This document shows, piece after piece, positions 19,430-28,752 of a stretch of 64,000 nt of DNA; position 1 is the stretch's first letter, and every line of letters starts with the position of its first letter. Under the pieces are notes generated by a model, which made no database searches, was not told the DNA's origin, and was given only the letters and a program-made list of their open reading frames with translations. This stretch comes from Gammaproteobacteria bacterium. Lineage in GTDB: Bacteria > Pseudomonadota > Gammaproteobacteria > Eutrophobiales > Eutrophobiaceae. The stretch lies in assembly GCA_965116495.1 (NCBI GenBank), contig OZ220696.1:2240001-2304000 (forward strand), written 5' to 3'. The translations under genes were made by a program, and so were the position numbers.

Positions 19430-19458
19430 TTATACATTTAGTATAGATTAGGGAAATG

Positions 19459-19492
19459 TGACTTTCAGACAAATAATCTTCACTTGCAAACA
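19459..19492 (+). promoter_or_regulatory. Candidate AraC-type tandem binding site
   Basis: Imperfect direct repeat TGACTTTCAGACA / TCACTTGCAAACA with 21-bp period in the divergent araC-gcvT-like intergenic region. Confidence 0.5.
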
Positions 19493-19539
19493 TTCCTTTT
19501 TTATCAAGGATACATCAATAATTTATCAGGAGAAATGTC

Positions 19540-20766
19540 TTGAGCGTACATATACAAGCCACCGATTTTGTCGGCACACCGTTTAATGCCCGAACGGCAC
19601 CGTTAAATTATAACCAGCGCTGGGTTGCCTGGGACAAGTATCACATAGTGGATACATTTAACGGTTTTGACGCGGAATACCATGCCATCCGTAACGCCGC
19701 CGCAACCATAGACATGTCCCCGCTGGGGAAATACGACATTATCGGCCCCGATGCGAAACGATTCCTGGATTACCTGGTGACACGTGACATGACCGGTCAG
19801 CAGGTCGGACAGATCTATTATTCACCCTGGTGCAACGACAACGGAAAAACAGTGGGTGACGGCATGATATTCAGGTTGGAGAAGGATAAATTTCGCATTT
19901 CCACCGATCCCCAGTACCACTGGCTTAATAAACATGCACAGGGCTTCGATGTTGAGATTATAGATATCAGTCATGACTACGGCATACTGGCCTTGCAGGG
20001 GCCGAAATCACAACTTATCCTGGAAGCGTCGACGGGTGAGGACTGGTCCGATTTTGCCTTCTCGCGCATCCGCCATATAGATATTGATGGAGTTGCTGTT
20101 ACGGTCATGCGCCAGGGATTTACCGGTGAGCATGGTTATGAGTTGTGGGTGGAGAACGAAGATGCTGTCGCAGTCTGGGATGCCGTTTACCGGCACGCAG
20201 GACGCTTCGGTTTGCAGCCTGCCGGGTTCCACGCCCATGACGTGGCGCGCATGGAAGCAGGATTGATCATAGTAGGCCCTGACTACACAGGAGCAGGAAC
20301 CGACATGGATCGCGGCGCGGCTATCGAAGTGGACAGGCAGGACGAAAGGTCTCCGTATGAGATGCGTATAGGGAGTTTCGTACATCTGGATAAAGCCAGC
20401 TTCATCGGCAAGGAGGCGCTGAAGCGGGAAAAGGAAACGGGGGCAGCCAGGAAAATGCGGGGGTTACTGATTGATTGGGAGGGAATTGCCGGGTTATATA
20501 TAAAACAGGGGCTGCCGCCGGTGGTCGTGCCTGTACCGATCTGGTATCCGTTAAATATCACGATGAACAACAAAACAATCGGCCGGGCTACCAGCATTGC
20601 CTGGAGCCCCGCTGCAAACAGCATTGCCGGTTTCGCATTTGTTGACGCGGAATACAGTGAAGCGGGTACGGAGGTCTCGGTACAATTCGAAATCGGCCAG
20701 GAAACCGGCCTGGTGAATGCCACCGTGGCAACGCTGCCTTTCATCGATATTAAACGTACCGGATAA
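19540..20766 (+). CDS. GcvT-family (aminomethyltransferase / THF-dependent demethylase-like) protein
   Basis: EYHAIRNAAATIDMSPLGKY, LALQGPKS, RQGFTGEHGYELW, ARMEAG, FIGKEAL; SD AGGAG before TTG. Confidence 0.9.
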   Translation: MSVHIQATDFVGTPFNARTAPLNYNQRWVAWDKYHIVDTFNGFDAEYHAIRNAAATIDMSPLGKYDIIGPDAKRFLDYLVTRDMTGQQVGQIYYSPWCNDNGKTVGDGMIFRLEKDKFRISTDPQYHWLNKHAQGFDVEIIDISHDYGILALQGPKSQLILEASTGEDWSDFAFSRIRHIDIDGVAVTVMRQGFTGEHGYELWVENEDAVAVWDAVYRHAGRFGLQPAGFHAHDVARMEAGLIIVGPDYTGAGTDMDRGAAIEVDRQDERSPYEMRIGSFVHLDKASFIGKEALKREKETGAARKMRGLLIDWEGIAGLYIKQGLPPVVVPVPIWYPLNITMNNKTIGRATSIAWSPAANSIAGFAFVDAEYSEAGTEVSVQFEIGQETGLVNATVATLPFIDIKRTG

Positions 20767-20859
20767 TGACGCTCCATGGAAAGGGCACAGGTTTCAAATC
20801 TGTCCCCCGCGAAATTCGTAATCGATATCAAACGCGGCGGGTGACAGCGAGGTGAAATA

Positions 20860-21837
20860 ATGACTGAAGTGATCAAACAATATTGGCATCCTGTCGGGTT
20901 GGCCGGAAACTTGACCGATGAAAAACCCATCGCGGCAACGGTATTGGGAGAGGACCTGGTGGTCTGGCGTTCAAAGGACAAGCTCTGCGCCTGGAAAGAC
21001 CTCTGCGTGCATCGTGGAGTACGATTGAGCCTGGGGACTGTTTGCAACAACCGCCTCCGCTGTGCCTATCACGGCTGGGAATATAATGACGCTGGGCAGT
21101 GCGAGCATATCCCGGCCCATCCCGAGATCAGAATGCCGGCCAAGGCCAAAGCAACTGCTATTTACAAGGCCAGGGAATATGCCGGGTTGATCTGGGTAAA
21201 TCTCAGCGATACTTCACGCCCTTTGCCTGATCTGCCCCAGTTCAATGAACCTGGTTACCGGGTAATTCCCTGCGGCCCTTATGAAATCAACGCCGCCGCC
21301 CCGCGGGTAGTGGAAAACTTCCTGGACCTGTCCCACCCGCCGATCCTGCACGACGGCATATTGGGGGATTCAAGTCACGCAGCCATTGATGATTACCGGG
21401 TGGAAGATACGGAAGAGGGATTTTTTGTAAAGAATATACGCTATTACCAACCCGATCCGGATGGCACGGGAGTAGGAGGGGATGCCTGGTATGATTTCGG
21501 TATCCTGGCCCCGTTAACGGTTTACTTCGTGAAACACATTGGCTCGCCCGCAAATGAGGAAAAGTTTGTCCTCATGTTTGCTGTCAGGCCTGAGACCGAA
21601 AACAGGTCCTGGGCACATTTTATCGCCGCTTATAACTACGCTGCGGATTTGAGTGAGCAGGACATTGCTGACTTTCACAGCCTGATTATCGGTCAGGACA
21701 TTCCCATACTCGAATCCCAGCGCCCCGAATTATTGCCCGTGGACCTGAGCGAAGAACTGCACCTACGATCGGATTTATTTACCTCAAAGTACAGGCGCCA
21801 CTTGAAGGACATCGGCATGGATTTTGGAGTTGCATGA
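20860..21837 (+). CDS. Rieske non-heme iron oxygenase alpha subunit (SxtT/VanA-like)
   Basis: CVHRG...CAYHG; ENFLDLSHPPILH; QDIPILESQ; paralogue of 2490..3473. Confidence 0.92.
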   Translation: MTEVIKQYWHPVGLAGNLTDEKPIAATVLGEDLVVWRSKDKLCAWKDLCVHRGVRLSLGTVCNNRLRCAYHGWEYNDAGQCEHIPAHPEIRMPAKAKATAIYKAREYAGLIWVNLSDTSRPLPDLPQFNEPGYRVIPCGPYEINAAAPRVVENFLDLSHPPILHDGILGDSSHAAIDDYRVEDTEEGFFVKNIRYYQPDPDGTGVGGDAWYDFGILAPLTVYFVKHIGSPANEEKFVLMFAVRPETENRSWAHFIAAYNYAADLSEQDIADFHSLIIGQDIPILESQRPELLPVDLSEELHLRSDLFTSKYRRHLKDIGMDFGVA

Positions 21838-21838
21838 C

Positions 21839-22894
21839 ATGTATTTACCCCCCAGCCACTCAACCACAACAGATTATCCGGCCGGCAGCGGTATTTCTGA
21901 AAATGACTGGCATATCCTGGCTGCTTTCTGGCACCCGGTAGCATTTACCTCGGAGATCAAGGACAAGCCCCTGGCTGCCCGGTTGCTGGATACCGACCTG
22001 GTGATCTACAAAACCGCGGCGGGATTCACGGTTGCTAAAGATCAATGTGCTCATCGCGGCGCAAAACTCAGCCTGGGCTGGTTGGATGACGACGGGAACA
22101 ACGTAGTCTGCCCGTTTCACGGCCATCATTACAACCACCAGGGGACGTGTACAAAAATTCCGTCCTATGCTGATCGTGATATGCCTGTTCCTGCGAAGAT
22201 GCGTTTAACGGTCTATCAATCGGTTGAACGCTACGGCCTGCTATGGGTGTGTCTCAAGGACGAACCCGTGCGGCCGTTGCCCGACTGGCCATTGCTGGAA
22301 AATCACGACGCCGGCTGGCTCAGGATCGAAATACCCAAGGGAGTCTGGCAGGCCTCTGCCAGTCGCCACTGTGAAAACTTCAATGATCTTGCCCATATTT
22401 CCTGGGTACACATGAAGACATTCGGGAACCGCCAGCGCCCGCAGTTGGAGGACTATATTCTGGAGCGTACCGACTACGGCCTGCACATGGAACTGCCTTA
22501 TGTCGAAGTGGAAAGAGGATTTAACGACGACAATACCGGTGAGCGGGAAGTCTACTATACCCATGACCTGACCTATCCGTACGCAACTGATCTCAAGGTT
22601 GATTATACGGAAGACATGACCAGCCATTTTTATGATATAGCCTCACCCGTGAGCGCCGCGGAAACAGCCATCTACCAGATCTCACTCACCAATATTCAAG
22701 GGGCGACAGCAGAAGAATATGCCGAGTACCAACTGGTAACAAACTCGGAGGATGTCGTTGTCGTAGAAAGCCAGAGGCCCCTTTCAGTGCCGTTAAATCC
22801 CGGTGCGGAAGTCTCGATACCCGCGGACAAGTTCTCAATTCAATACCGGCGTGACATGGTGAATTTATTTGGTATAGGCCAATCCAGGGTTTAG
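21839..22894 (+). CDS. Rieske non-heme iron oxygenase alpha subunit (VanA/NdmA-like)
   Basis: CAHRG...CPFHG; ENFNDLAHISWVH; paralogue of 1411..2472 (DWHILAxFWHPVAF); GGAG SD before ATG 21839. Confidence 0.92.
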   Translation: MYLPPSHSTTTDYPAGSGISENDWHILAAFWHPVAFTSEIKDKPLAARLLDTDLVIYKTAAGFTVAKDQCAHRGAKLSLGWLDDDGNNVVCPFHGHHYNHQGTCTKIPSYADRDMPVPAKMRLTVYQSVERYGLLWVCLKDEPVRPLPDWPLLENHDAGWLRIEIPKGVWQASASRHCENFNDLAHISWVHMKTFGNRQRPQLEDYILERTDYGLHMELPYVEVERGFNDDNTGEREVYYTHDLTYPYATDLKVDYTEDMTSHFYDIASPVSAAETAIYQISLTNIQGATAEEYAEYQLVTNSEDVVVVESQRPLSVPLNPGAEVSIPADKFSIQYRRDMVNLFGIGQSRV

Positions 22895-22994
22895 TCCGTC
22901 CCCTACCCACCTGGCGCCGGCAAATTAGCAGGACATGATAGATTCAGAAAACGGACTTTGCGAATTATGTCTGTAGAGAGTAGCAATCAATGAA

Positions 22995-23071
22995 TGGCGC
23001 GCCCGGAGAGATTCGAACTCCCGACCGCCTGGTTCGTAGCCAGGTACTCTATCCAGCTGAGCTACGGGCGC
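22995..23071 (-). tRNA. tRNA-Arg(ACG)
   Basis: GCGCCCGTAGCTCAGCTGGATAGAGTACCTGGCT-ACG-AACCAGGCGGTCGGGAGTTCGAATCTCTCCGGGCGCGCCA; 77 nt cloverleaf with encoded CCA. Confidence 0.98.
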
Positions 23072-23088
23072 ACTTGAAACAATTTCCT

Positions 23089-23117
23089 ACTATAATGACT
23101 CACCCCCATGAAAGCAA
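23089..23117 (-). promoter_or_regulatory. Sigma70 promoter for tRNA-Arg
   Basis: TTGCTT-17 nt-TATAGT ending 18 nt upstream of the tRNA. Confidence 0.6.
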
Positions 23118-23119
23118 TG

Positions 23120-23274
23120 ATATTAGCCGGTGGGACATCCGGGAGTTCCTTGACATTGCCGCGGCAATTCCCATCCGACCAAAGACCGAGAGCTATGCGC
23201 TCGAAGATGCCAATAAAGCAATACTGGATTTGAAGTTCGAGCCGGTGAAAGGCGCGAAGGTGCTGTTGGTGTAA
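23120..23274 (+). pseudogene. C-terminal remnant of a zinc-binding alcohol dehydrogenase-family gene
   Basis: ISRWDIREFLDIAAAIPIRPKTESYALEDANKAILDLKFEPVKGAKVL resembles the MDR/ADH C-terminus; the rest of the gene is absent. Confidence 0.6.
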
Positions 23275-23506
23275 TTAACCAGAGATCGATACAAGAACTG
23301 TCAGTCATTAACCCGAGCAAATCCATCCCGAAAATCCGTGCCGGACTTGCCAGAGTGCGAAAAATAACAATACACTGCCATCGTTGATCAGCGGCGCGGC
23401 GCTGGGTGAGATGGCCTGTATCGATAACCTGCTCCCGGATTGCCGAAAACAGTTAAACTTCAACGGATTGATCAACAGACAGAAGAATTCATTGCGGGAG
23501 GGGCAC

Positions 23507-24457
23507 ATGAGCCGTTTGTATGTGGTTGTGACTATCGCCATCTTGATGCGGACCTTTATACCGGGCCTGGCGCAAGCCGACTCGGGGTTATACCTGAGCG
23601 GTGAGTTGGGGGCCAACTTTGCGCCGGGGCTGGGTATCGTCGGTGACGCCAACGACCGTGCCAGCGTGTGTGACGAGTTCATCAACCCCGACTACCAGTC
23701 CGTGTCGGGATATTTACCGAATATCAATTGCACCGGGCCCAGGCCCTTCGAGACCTGGATGAACGATTTCAATGCCGCAGAAGGCATCCTGGTCGGCGCC
23801 GCGCTGGGTTATCGACCATGGGACCCAGGCCATGTATGGGGGAGCGTGCGGCTCGAGTTGGAATATTTCTACCGGGAGTCGGCCTACAACGAGACTGCCG
23901 ACGCACTGGGCGCGACGGGAGCGAACGTCGACAAGCTCGCCCGGGAACTCATCACAGGGACGGACCGGGTCGACCGCGTCACCTCACACAACCTGTTCGG
24001 AAACCTGTATTTCGACTTTGCCAACAACAGCCGCTTCACCCCCTATATCGGAATCGGAGTCGGTGTTGGTTTCACGGACGTGGGTTATGGGTACCTGTGG
24101 GAAAGAAATGCCGACCCGACTGCGATTGCCACGGGCGAGGGGCTACCGAATGCGGATGTCATCCGCCGGAACTTGGCTGGAACGATAAGCAGCCACCACA
24201 CAGGACTCGCGGATACACTCTTTGGTTACCAGGTCCTGTTCGGGTTGGACTACGCCTTCACGGAATCCATGTCCCTGGGGGTGAAAGGACGCTGGGTCGA
24301 CTTCGATACCTTTCGTGAGGACGGGCTTGTCGGGGACCTGCTGCGCAGCCACGAGGTCAACCTGAGGCTGGACGGCAGCGAGCCGGTGTCATACGGTATC
24401 GAGACCGGCGACATTAAAATGCTCGGTGTCAGCCTGAACCTGAAATACCGTTTCTAG
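23507..24457 (+). CDS. Outer membrane beta-barrel protein (opacity/OmpW-like) with long loops
   Basis: Signal peptide LAQA-DSGLYLSGELG, RLELEY, NLYFDF...FTPYIGIGVG, FGYQVLFGLDY, terminal NLKYRF. Confidence 0.82.
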   Translation: MSRLYVVVTIAILMRTFIPGLAQADSGLYLSGELGANFAPGLGIVGDANDRASVCDEFINPDYQSVSGYLPNINCTGPRPFETWMNDFNAAEGILVGAALGYRPWDPGHVWGSVRLELEYFYRESAYNETADALGATGANVDKLARELITGTDRVDRVTSHNLFGNLYFDFANNSRFTPYIGIGVGVGFTDVGYGYLWERNADPTAIATGEGLPNADVIRRNLAGTISSHHTGLADTLFGYQVLFGLDYAFTESMSLGVKGRWVDFDTFREDGLVGDLLRSHEVNLRLDGSEPVSYGIETGDIKMLGVSLNLKYRF

Positions 24458-24467
24458 ACCGGATTTC

Positions 24468-26144
24468 TCAGAACAGGCCGGTAATATTGCCCTCGGAATC
24501 CACGTCGATCTTCTCGGCGGCGGGGACCTTCGGCAGTCCCGGCATGGTCATCATATTGCCGGCGATGGCCACGATGAAGCCCGCGCCGTTCGACAACCGG
24601 ACTTCGCTGACTTCCACGCTGTGCCCTTCCGGTGCGCCCCGGACCGTGGGGTCGGCGCTGAATGACATCTGGGTCTTTGCCATGCACACCGGGAAACTGC
24701 CGTAATCCCGGTTCAGTTTTTCAATTTCCGACCGCACCTTGCTGTTTGCGGTCACACTGCCGGCGCCGTAAATCTTCCTGGCAACAGCCTCTATCTTATC
24801 CCATAAGGGTGCATCGTCAGCATACACGTAGCTGTGGCTGCCGGGATTATTGTCCACTACGTCCGCGACGGTGTTGGCCAGTTCTTCGGCGCCGGCGCCG
24901 CCTGCGGCCCAGTGCCGGGCAACCACTGCCTTGCCGCCCAGGGCTTCAACCCGGCTCTTCAGCATGTCGATCTCGGCGTCGGTATCGTTGGTGAAGTGAT
25001 TGATGGAGACGATGCAGGGCAGGCCGTAGTGCTGCTGTATATTGTTCAGGTGCCGCTCCAGGTTGACCAGCCCCTTGTCCAGCGCCTCCAGGTTCTCCAC
25101 GTTCAGGTCTTCCTTGTTCACACCGCCGTGGTATTTCATGGCGCGGATGGTGGCGACCAGCACCACGGCCGCGGGGTTCAGGCCCGCCATACGGCACTTG
25201 ATGTCGATGAACTTTTCCGCGCCCAGGTCGGCGCCGAAACCGGCCTCGGTAATCACGTAATCCGCCAGCTTCAGAGCGGTTTTGGTGGCGGTCACGCTGT
25301 TGCAGCCATGGGCGATGTTGGCAAACGGTCCACCATGGACGACTGCCAGGTTGTTTTCCAGGGTCTGTACCAGGTTCGGCTTGATGGCGTCCTTCAGCAA
25401 GGCCGCCATGGCGCCGTGGGCGTTCAGGTCGCGGGCGTGCACGGGCTGTCTGTCGCCACGGGTGTATCCGATGACGATACGTCCCAGCCGTTCCTTCAGA
25501 TCCGCGAGAGAGGTGGCCAGACAGAATATGGCCATGACCTCTGAGGCAACGGTGATATCGTAGCCGTCTTCCCGCGGGAAACCGTTGGCAGTTCCGCCAA
25601 GGGAGACAACGACCTTGCGCAGGGCCCGGTCATTCATATCAACGACCCGCTTCCAGGCAATCAGGCGCGGGTCAAGGTTCAACCGGTTGCCGTGGTTGAT
25701 GTGGTTATCGAGCATCGCCGACAACAGGTTGTGCGCCGCGCCGATCGCATGAAAGTCGCCGGTGAAGTGCAGGTTGATATCTTCCATCGGCACGACCTGG
25801 GCATAGCCGCCGCCGGCGGCGCCGCCCTTGACACCGAAGCAGGGGCCGAGGGACGGTTCGCGCAGGCAGATCAAGGTCTTTTTACCGATCCTGTTCATGG
25901 CGTCGCCCAGGCCGACCGTGGTCGTGGTCTTGCCCTCACCCGCCGGCGTGGGACTGATGGCGGTGGTCAGGATAAGTTTGCCGTCGGCCTTGTCCTTGAG
26001 GCTGTCGATATAGTCCAGCGACAGCTTGGCCTTGTAATGGCCGTAGGGTTCCAGGTGCTCGCTGCCGATGCCGTACTGTTCCGCAGCGAGGTCGATGATC
26101 TGTGTTTTACTTGCCCGCTGGGCGATCTCGATGTCTGATAGCAT
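24468..26144 (-). CDS. fhs: Formate--tetrahydrofolate ligase
   Basis: [71 protein letters not shown]-terminus. Confidence 0.98.
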   Translation of the reverse strand: MLSDIEIAQRASKTQIIDLAAEQYGIGSEHLEPYGHYKAKLSLDYIDSLKDKADGKLILTTAISPTPAGEGKTTTTVGLGDAMNRIGKKTLICLREPSLGPCFGVKGGAAGGGYAQVVPMEDINLHFTGDFHAIGAAHNLLSAMLDNHINHGNRLNLDPRLIAWKRVVDMNDRALRKVVVSLGGTANGFPREDGYDITVASEVMAIFCLATSLADLKERLGRIVIGYTRGDRQPVHARDLNAHGAMAALLKDAIKPNLVQTLENNLAVVHGGPFANIAHGCNSVTATKTALKLADYVITEAGFGADLGAEKFIDIKCRMAGLNPAAVVLVATIRAMKYHGGVNKEDLNVENLEALDKGLVNLERHLNNIQQHYGLPCIVSINHFTNDTDAEIDMLKSRVEALGGKAVVARHWAAGGAGAEELANTVADVVDNNPGSHSYVYADDAPLWDKIEAVARKIYGAGSVTANSKVRSEIEKLNRDYGSFPVCMAKTQMSFSADPTVRGAPEGHSVEVSEVRLSNGAGFIVAIAGNMMTMPGLPKVPAAEKIDVDSEGNITGLF

Positions 26145-26293
26145 TGGGATGATCCTCAGTGATAATTATTGTTTTCCCGTCAATGGCATACTATATCCAT
26201 TAACGCAAATGATCGAGCATGAACATCATCCACTTCGCCATCTGTTAGTATACCACTTATGCTTTTATTTTTATCTACACTCAGGGGTAAATT

Positions 26294-27385
26294 ATGAGCC
26301 AGCGTGTTTTACCTGAATGGAGTAAAGACGAACTGGAATACGTGGAACCGACCCAGGTTGTACGCAGTTTCGGTTACGACGTGTTTGCCAACGAAGTCAG
26401 TGAAGAAACCCTGGGCTACAACGAACAGACCATAACCAGGGTCCTGCAGGTGGACGGTGAAGTAGCCGCTGAAAAGAGACGTTTTTCCAGTCTCGAAGAA
26501 GCGGCGGAGAGTATCAAGCAGGTCGGTCTGGAAGCAGGCGCGGAAATGGTCGGGATTACCGAAGTCAATCCGTATCACGTATACAAGGGAAATGATGTCC
26601 CGCATAAGTACGCCGTGATCCTCGCCAGCAGAATGGAATACGACGAAATGAAGTACGGCGCCACGGAGCGGCACGTCAGGGAAGTGCTGCGCAGTTATGC
26701 TGAAATGGGTTCGCTGTCAGCGAAGGTGGCTGAATTTATCCGCGCATCAGGCTATCCCGCGCGTGCGCACTCGCTGAGGTTCGAGCAAATAAACATGATC
26801 CCTCATGCCGTCCAGGCCGGTTTGGGACAGCTAGGTAAACATGGCTCTCTTATTAATGAACAACTCGGTTGTTCGTTCCGGTTGTCGGCCGTCACTACCG
26901 ATTTGCCCATGAGGCTGGATTCGTTCAGGGACTACGGTGTTGAAGATACCTGCAGGAATTGCAGCATGTGTGTCAAGCACTGTCCGGGTGATGCCATCGT
27001 CCACGACAAGCAGGAAGTAAGAGGCATTATGAAGTGGGTGGTCGATACGGAGGCCTGCGCACCGTACTGGGGCAGCTACCATGCCTGCGGGATCTGCCTT
27101 GAGATCTGTCCCGCCAATGTGAAGGCGTTTGACGGCAAGTATAAAAACTCATTTATAGAACGCATAAAACAGATTGACGTCAAGCAACGGCGGCAGGAGT
27201 TGGAAACAGGTTTGCAGCAACCCTGGGAGAACGCGATTGAACCGGACGACAAGTCAGAAGGCTGGCGCAACCGGGTCAAGGGACAGGGCCACGCCGCGTT
27301 CCTGATGCAAGGCATTCCGGCTGAGGGATTGCCGGACGAGGTCTACGAGATTCGCTCAGCGATGGGAATCGAACCGGGGATCTGA
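26294..27385 (+). CDS. Reductive dehalogenase/QueG-like corrinoid 2x[4Fe-4S] protein
   Basis: GAEMVGI, AVQAGLGQLGKHGSLI...RLSAVTTDLPM, CRNCSMCVKHCPGDAI, C...CGICLEICP. Confidence 0.78.
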   Translation: MSQRVLPEWSKDELEYVEPTQVVRSFGYDVFANEVSEETLGYNEQTITRVLQVDGEVAAEKRRFSSLEEAAESIKQVGLEAGAEMVGITEVNPYHVYKGNDVPHKYAVILASRMEYDEMKYGATERHVREVLRSYAEMGSLSAKVAEFIRASGYPARAHSLRFEQINMIPHAVQAGLGQLGKHGSLINEQLGCSFRLSAVTTDLPMRLDSFRDYGVEDTCRNCSMCVKHCPGDAIVHDKQEVRGIMKWVVDTEACAPYWGSYHACGICLEICPANVKAFDGKYKNSFIERIKQIDVKQRRQELETGLQQPWENAIEPDDKSEGWRNRVKGQGHAAFLMQGIPAEGLPDEVYEIRSAMGIEPGI

Positions 27386-27431
27386 ACTGCAGAATATATT
27401 CTTGACATACGGGAGAACATAAACGGCATAT

Positions 27432-27446
27432 TGGCGGAGGGAGAGG
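27432..27446. repeat. Degenerate direct repeat of the tRNA-Ser 3' end (candidate att site)
   Basis: TGGCGGAGGGAGAGG versus TGGCGGAGAGAGAGG at 34243-34257 (14/15), intergenic, same orientation. Confidence 0.6.
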
Positions 27447-27638
27447 CTGCCATTTCAAGGTTTTGTGCATTTCCTATTGTTCTCACTATTGTCAGGAACA
27501 AACCAGGGCAACCGCATACTTATATGCAGGCGAAAGACCTGCCTCGATTACGTACCACTCCTCTGCAAACGGGAGTCCAGTCAGACAACAGTCGCTTGCA
27601 ACACCTTATAACGTGTCCTGACAGGACACGTGTTCCAC

Positions 27639-27661
27639 TGGACTCCCGCTTTCGCGGGAGT
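27639..27661. repeat. REP-like palindrome (TGGA-stem-TTTC loop type)
   Basis: TGGACTCCCGCTTTCGCGGGAGT; related to the copy at 61019. Confidence 0.65.
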
Positions 27662-27867
27662 GGTATGAGATGTCTTCATACTTTTATTTCCTGCATATAT
27701 CAAGTATACGGTTGCCCTGTCACGTGCCTGAAATGATATTCGGTCGAGAGACGTCAAAGCAATAAATATGCTACGATAACTCATTGACAGAAAAATGTTT
27801 TCGTATGCAACAGGGCACGTGCCGCAGCACTTGACTTTCCGTAACTCGCAATCCTGCCCGTTCAATA

Positions 27868-28704
27868 ATGAGCCAGATGACGTCTGAACAAATCAATTTT
27901 TTCCTTCAATTCATCCACTTGGAAAAGTTGTTTGGCAATTTCCCCGGCGCAAGCGACCAGAACATAGCGCCGATATTCGGCCTTGACGCGGTTCGATACC
28001 GACAAATCAGGAACGATTTTAAGGAAAACGCTCGCGTTGCTGCTGAGACACTGCTGGCCGAGCCGGATTTTGCCAGCCTGGTCGACCGTCTGCCCTTCGC
28101 CCCTGACTCCACAATCCTGGCAGTGGGCGATAGCGTCACCGATGATGATCAATCCTGGCTAGAAATGCTGCGCCACCTGCTCAATATCAAGCGCCCTGAT
28201 AACCAGGTCCGGATTATCAATGCCGGTGTATCAGGCGATTCAACTACTCACGTCATCAGCCGCTTCCCTGAACTGACGTCGTCAGAACCTGACTGGATCC
28301 TGTTCATGATTGGCTTGAATGACGCGAGAAGGCACGGCAGGGCACCGGAGAAAACCCTGGTGAGCCTGGATGAAACAGGAAAAAACCTGAGTGAGTTACG
28401 ACGCCTCGCCATTGCGCAAACAAACGCCGAGCTTGTCTGGATAACGCCACCGACGCTGATTGAGCAAAAGGTTTTGGAATTCTGGCTGTTCAACGCCATG
28501 CAAACCTGCTGGACAAACACCGATGTTGACGCCGTCGCAAAGCTAATAAAACAATTGCCGGATAAAATCGTTGACGTGCATTCCGCATTCGGATTGCCGC
28601 CCATGCCTGAATTATTACTGGATGACGGCCTTCACCCGTCGTTACAAGGCCAGAAGACTATTGTAACCGCGTTGGTGGAAACTCTCGCTCGCAGCTCTCC
28701 CTGA
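27868..28704 (+). CDS. SGNH/GDSL hydrolase
   Basis: Blocks VGDSVT, NAGVSGD, IGLND, DGLHPS. Confidence 0.9.
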   Translation: MSQMTSEQINFFLQFIHLEKLFGNFPGASDQNIAPIFGLDAVRYRQIRNDFKENARVAAETLLAEPDFASLVDRLPFAPDSTILAVGDSVTDDDQSWLEMLRHLLNIKRPDNQVRIINAGVSGDSTTHVISRFPELTSSEPDWILFMIGLNDARRHGRAPEKTLVSLDETGKNLSELRRLAIAQTNAELVWITPPTLIEQKVLEFWLFNAMQTCWTNTDVDAVAKLIKQLPDKIVDVHSAFGLPPMPELLLDDGLHPSLQGQKTIVTALVETLARSSP

Positions 28705-28752
28705 GCCCAAGGCAGCCAGGATCGGAAAGGAGGGAAATTCCGGGTGCTCAGC

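Noticed and set aside
19540-20766. Glycine cleavage gcvT
   Set aside because: No gcvH or gcvP nearby and the N-terminus differs from canonical T-protein.
1411-22894. Saxitoxin biosynthesis cluster or caffeine (ndm) operon
   Set aside because: Only the Rieske family resemblance is present; there are no sxtA/sxtG-type core genes and no NdmD-like reductase, so no gene symbols were assigned.
1-22994. att repeat of the tRNA-Arg 3' end bounding the Rieske island
   Set aside because: No copy of TGGCGCGCCCGG was found to the left within the window and no integrase is present; a boundary may lie outside the window.
22990-23274. 94-aa ORF as a real gene
   Set aside because: Its first third is the antisense of tRNA-Arg; only the 3' part looks like an ADH remnant.
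26294-27385. queG call
   Set aside because: I could not see QueG-specific motifs and the second Cys cluster looks more RdhA-like; left as family-level only.
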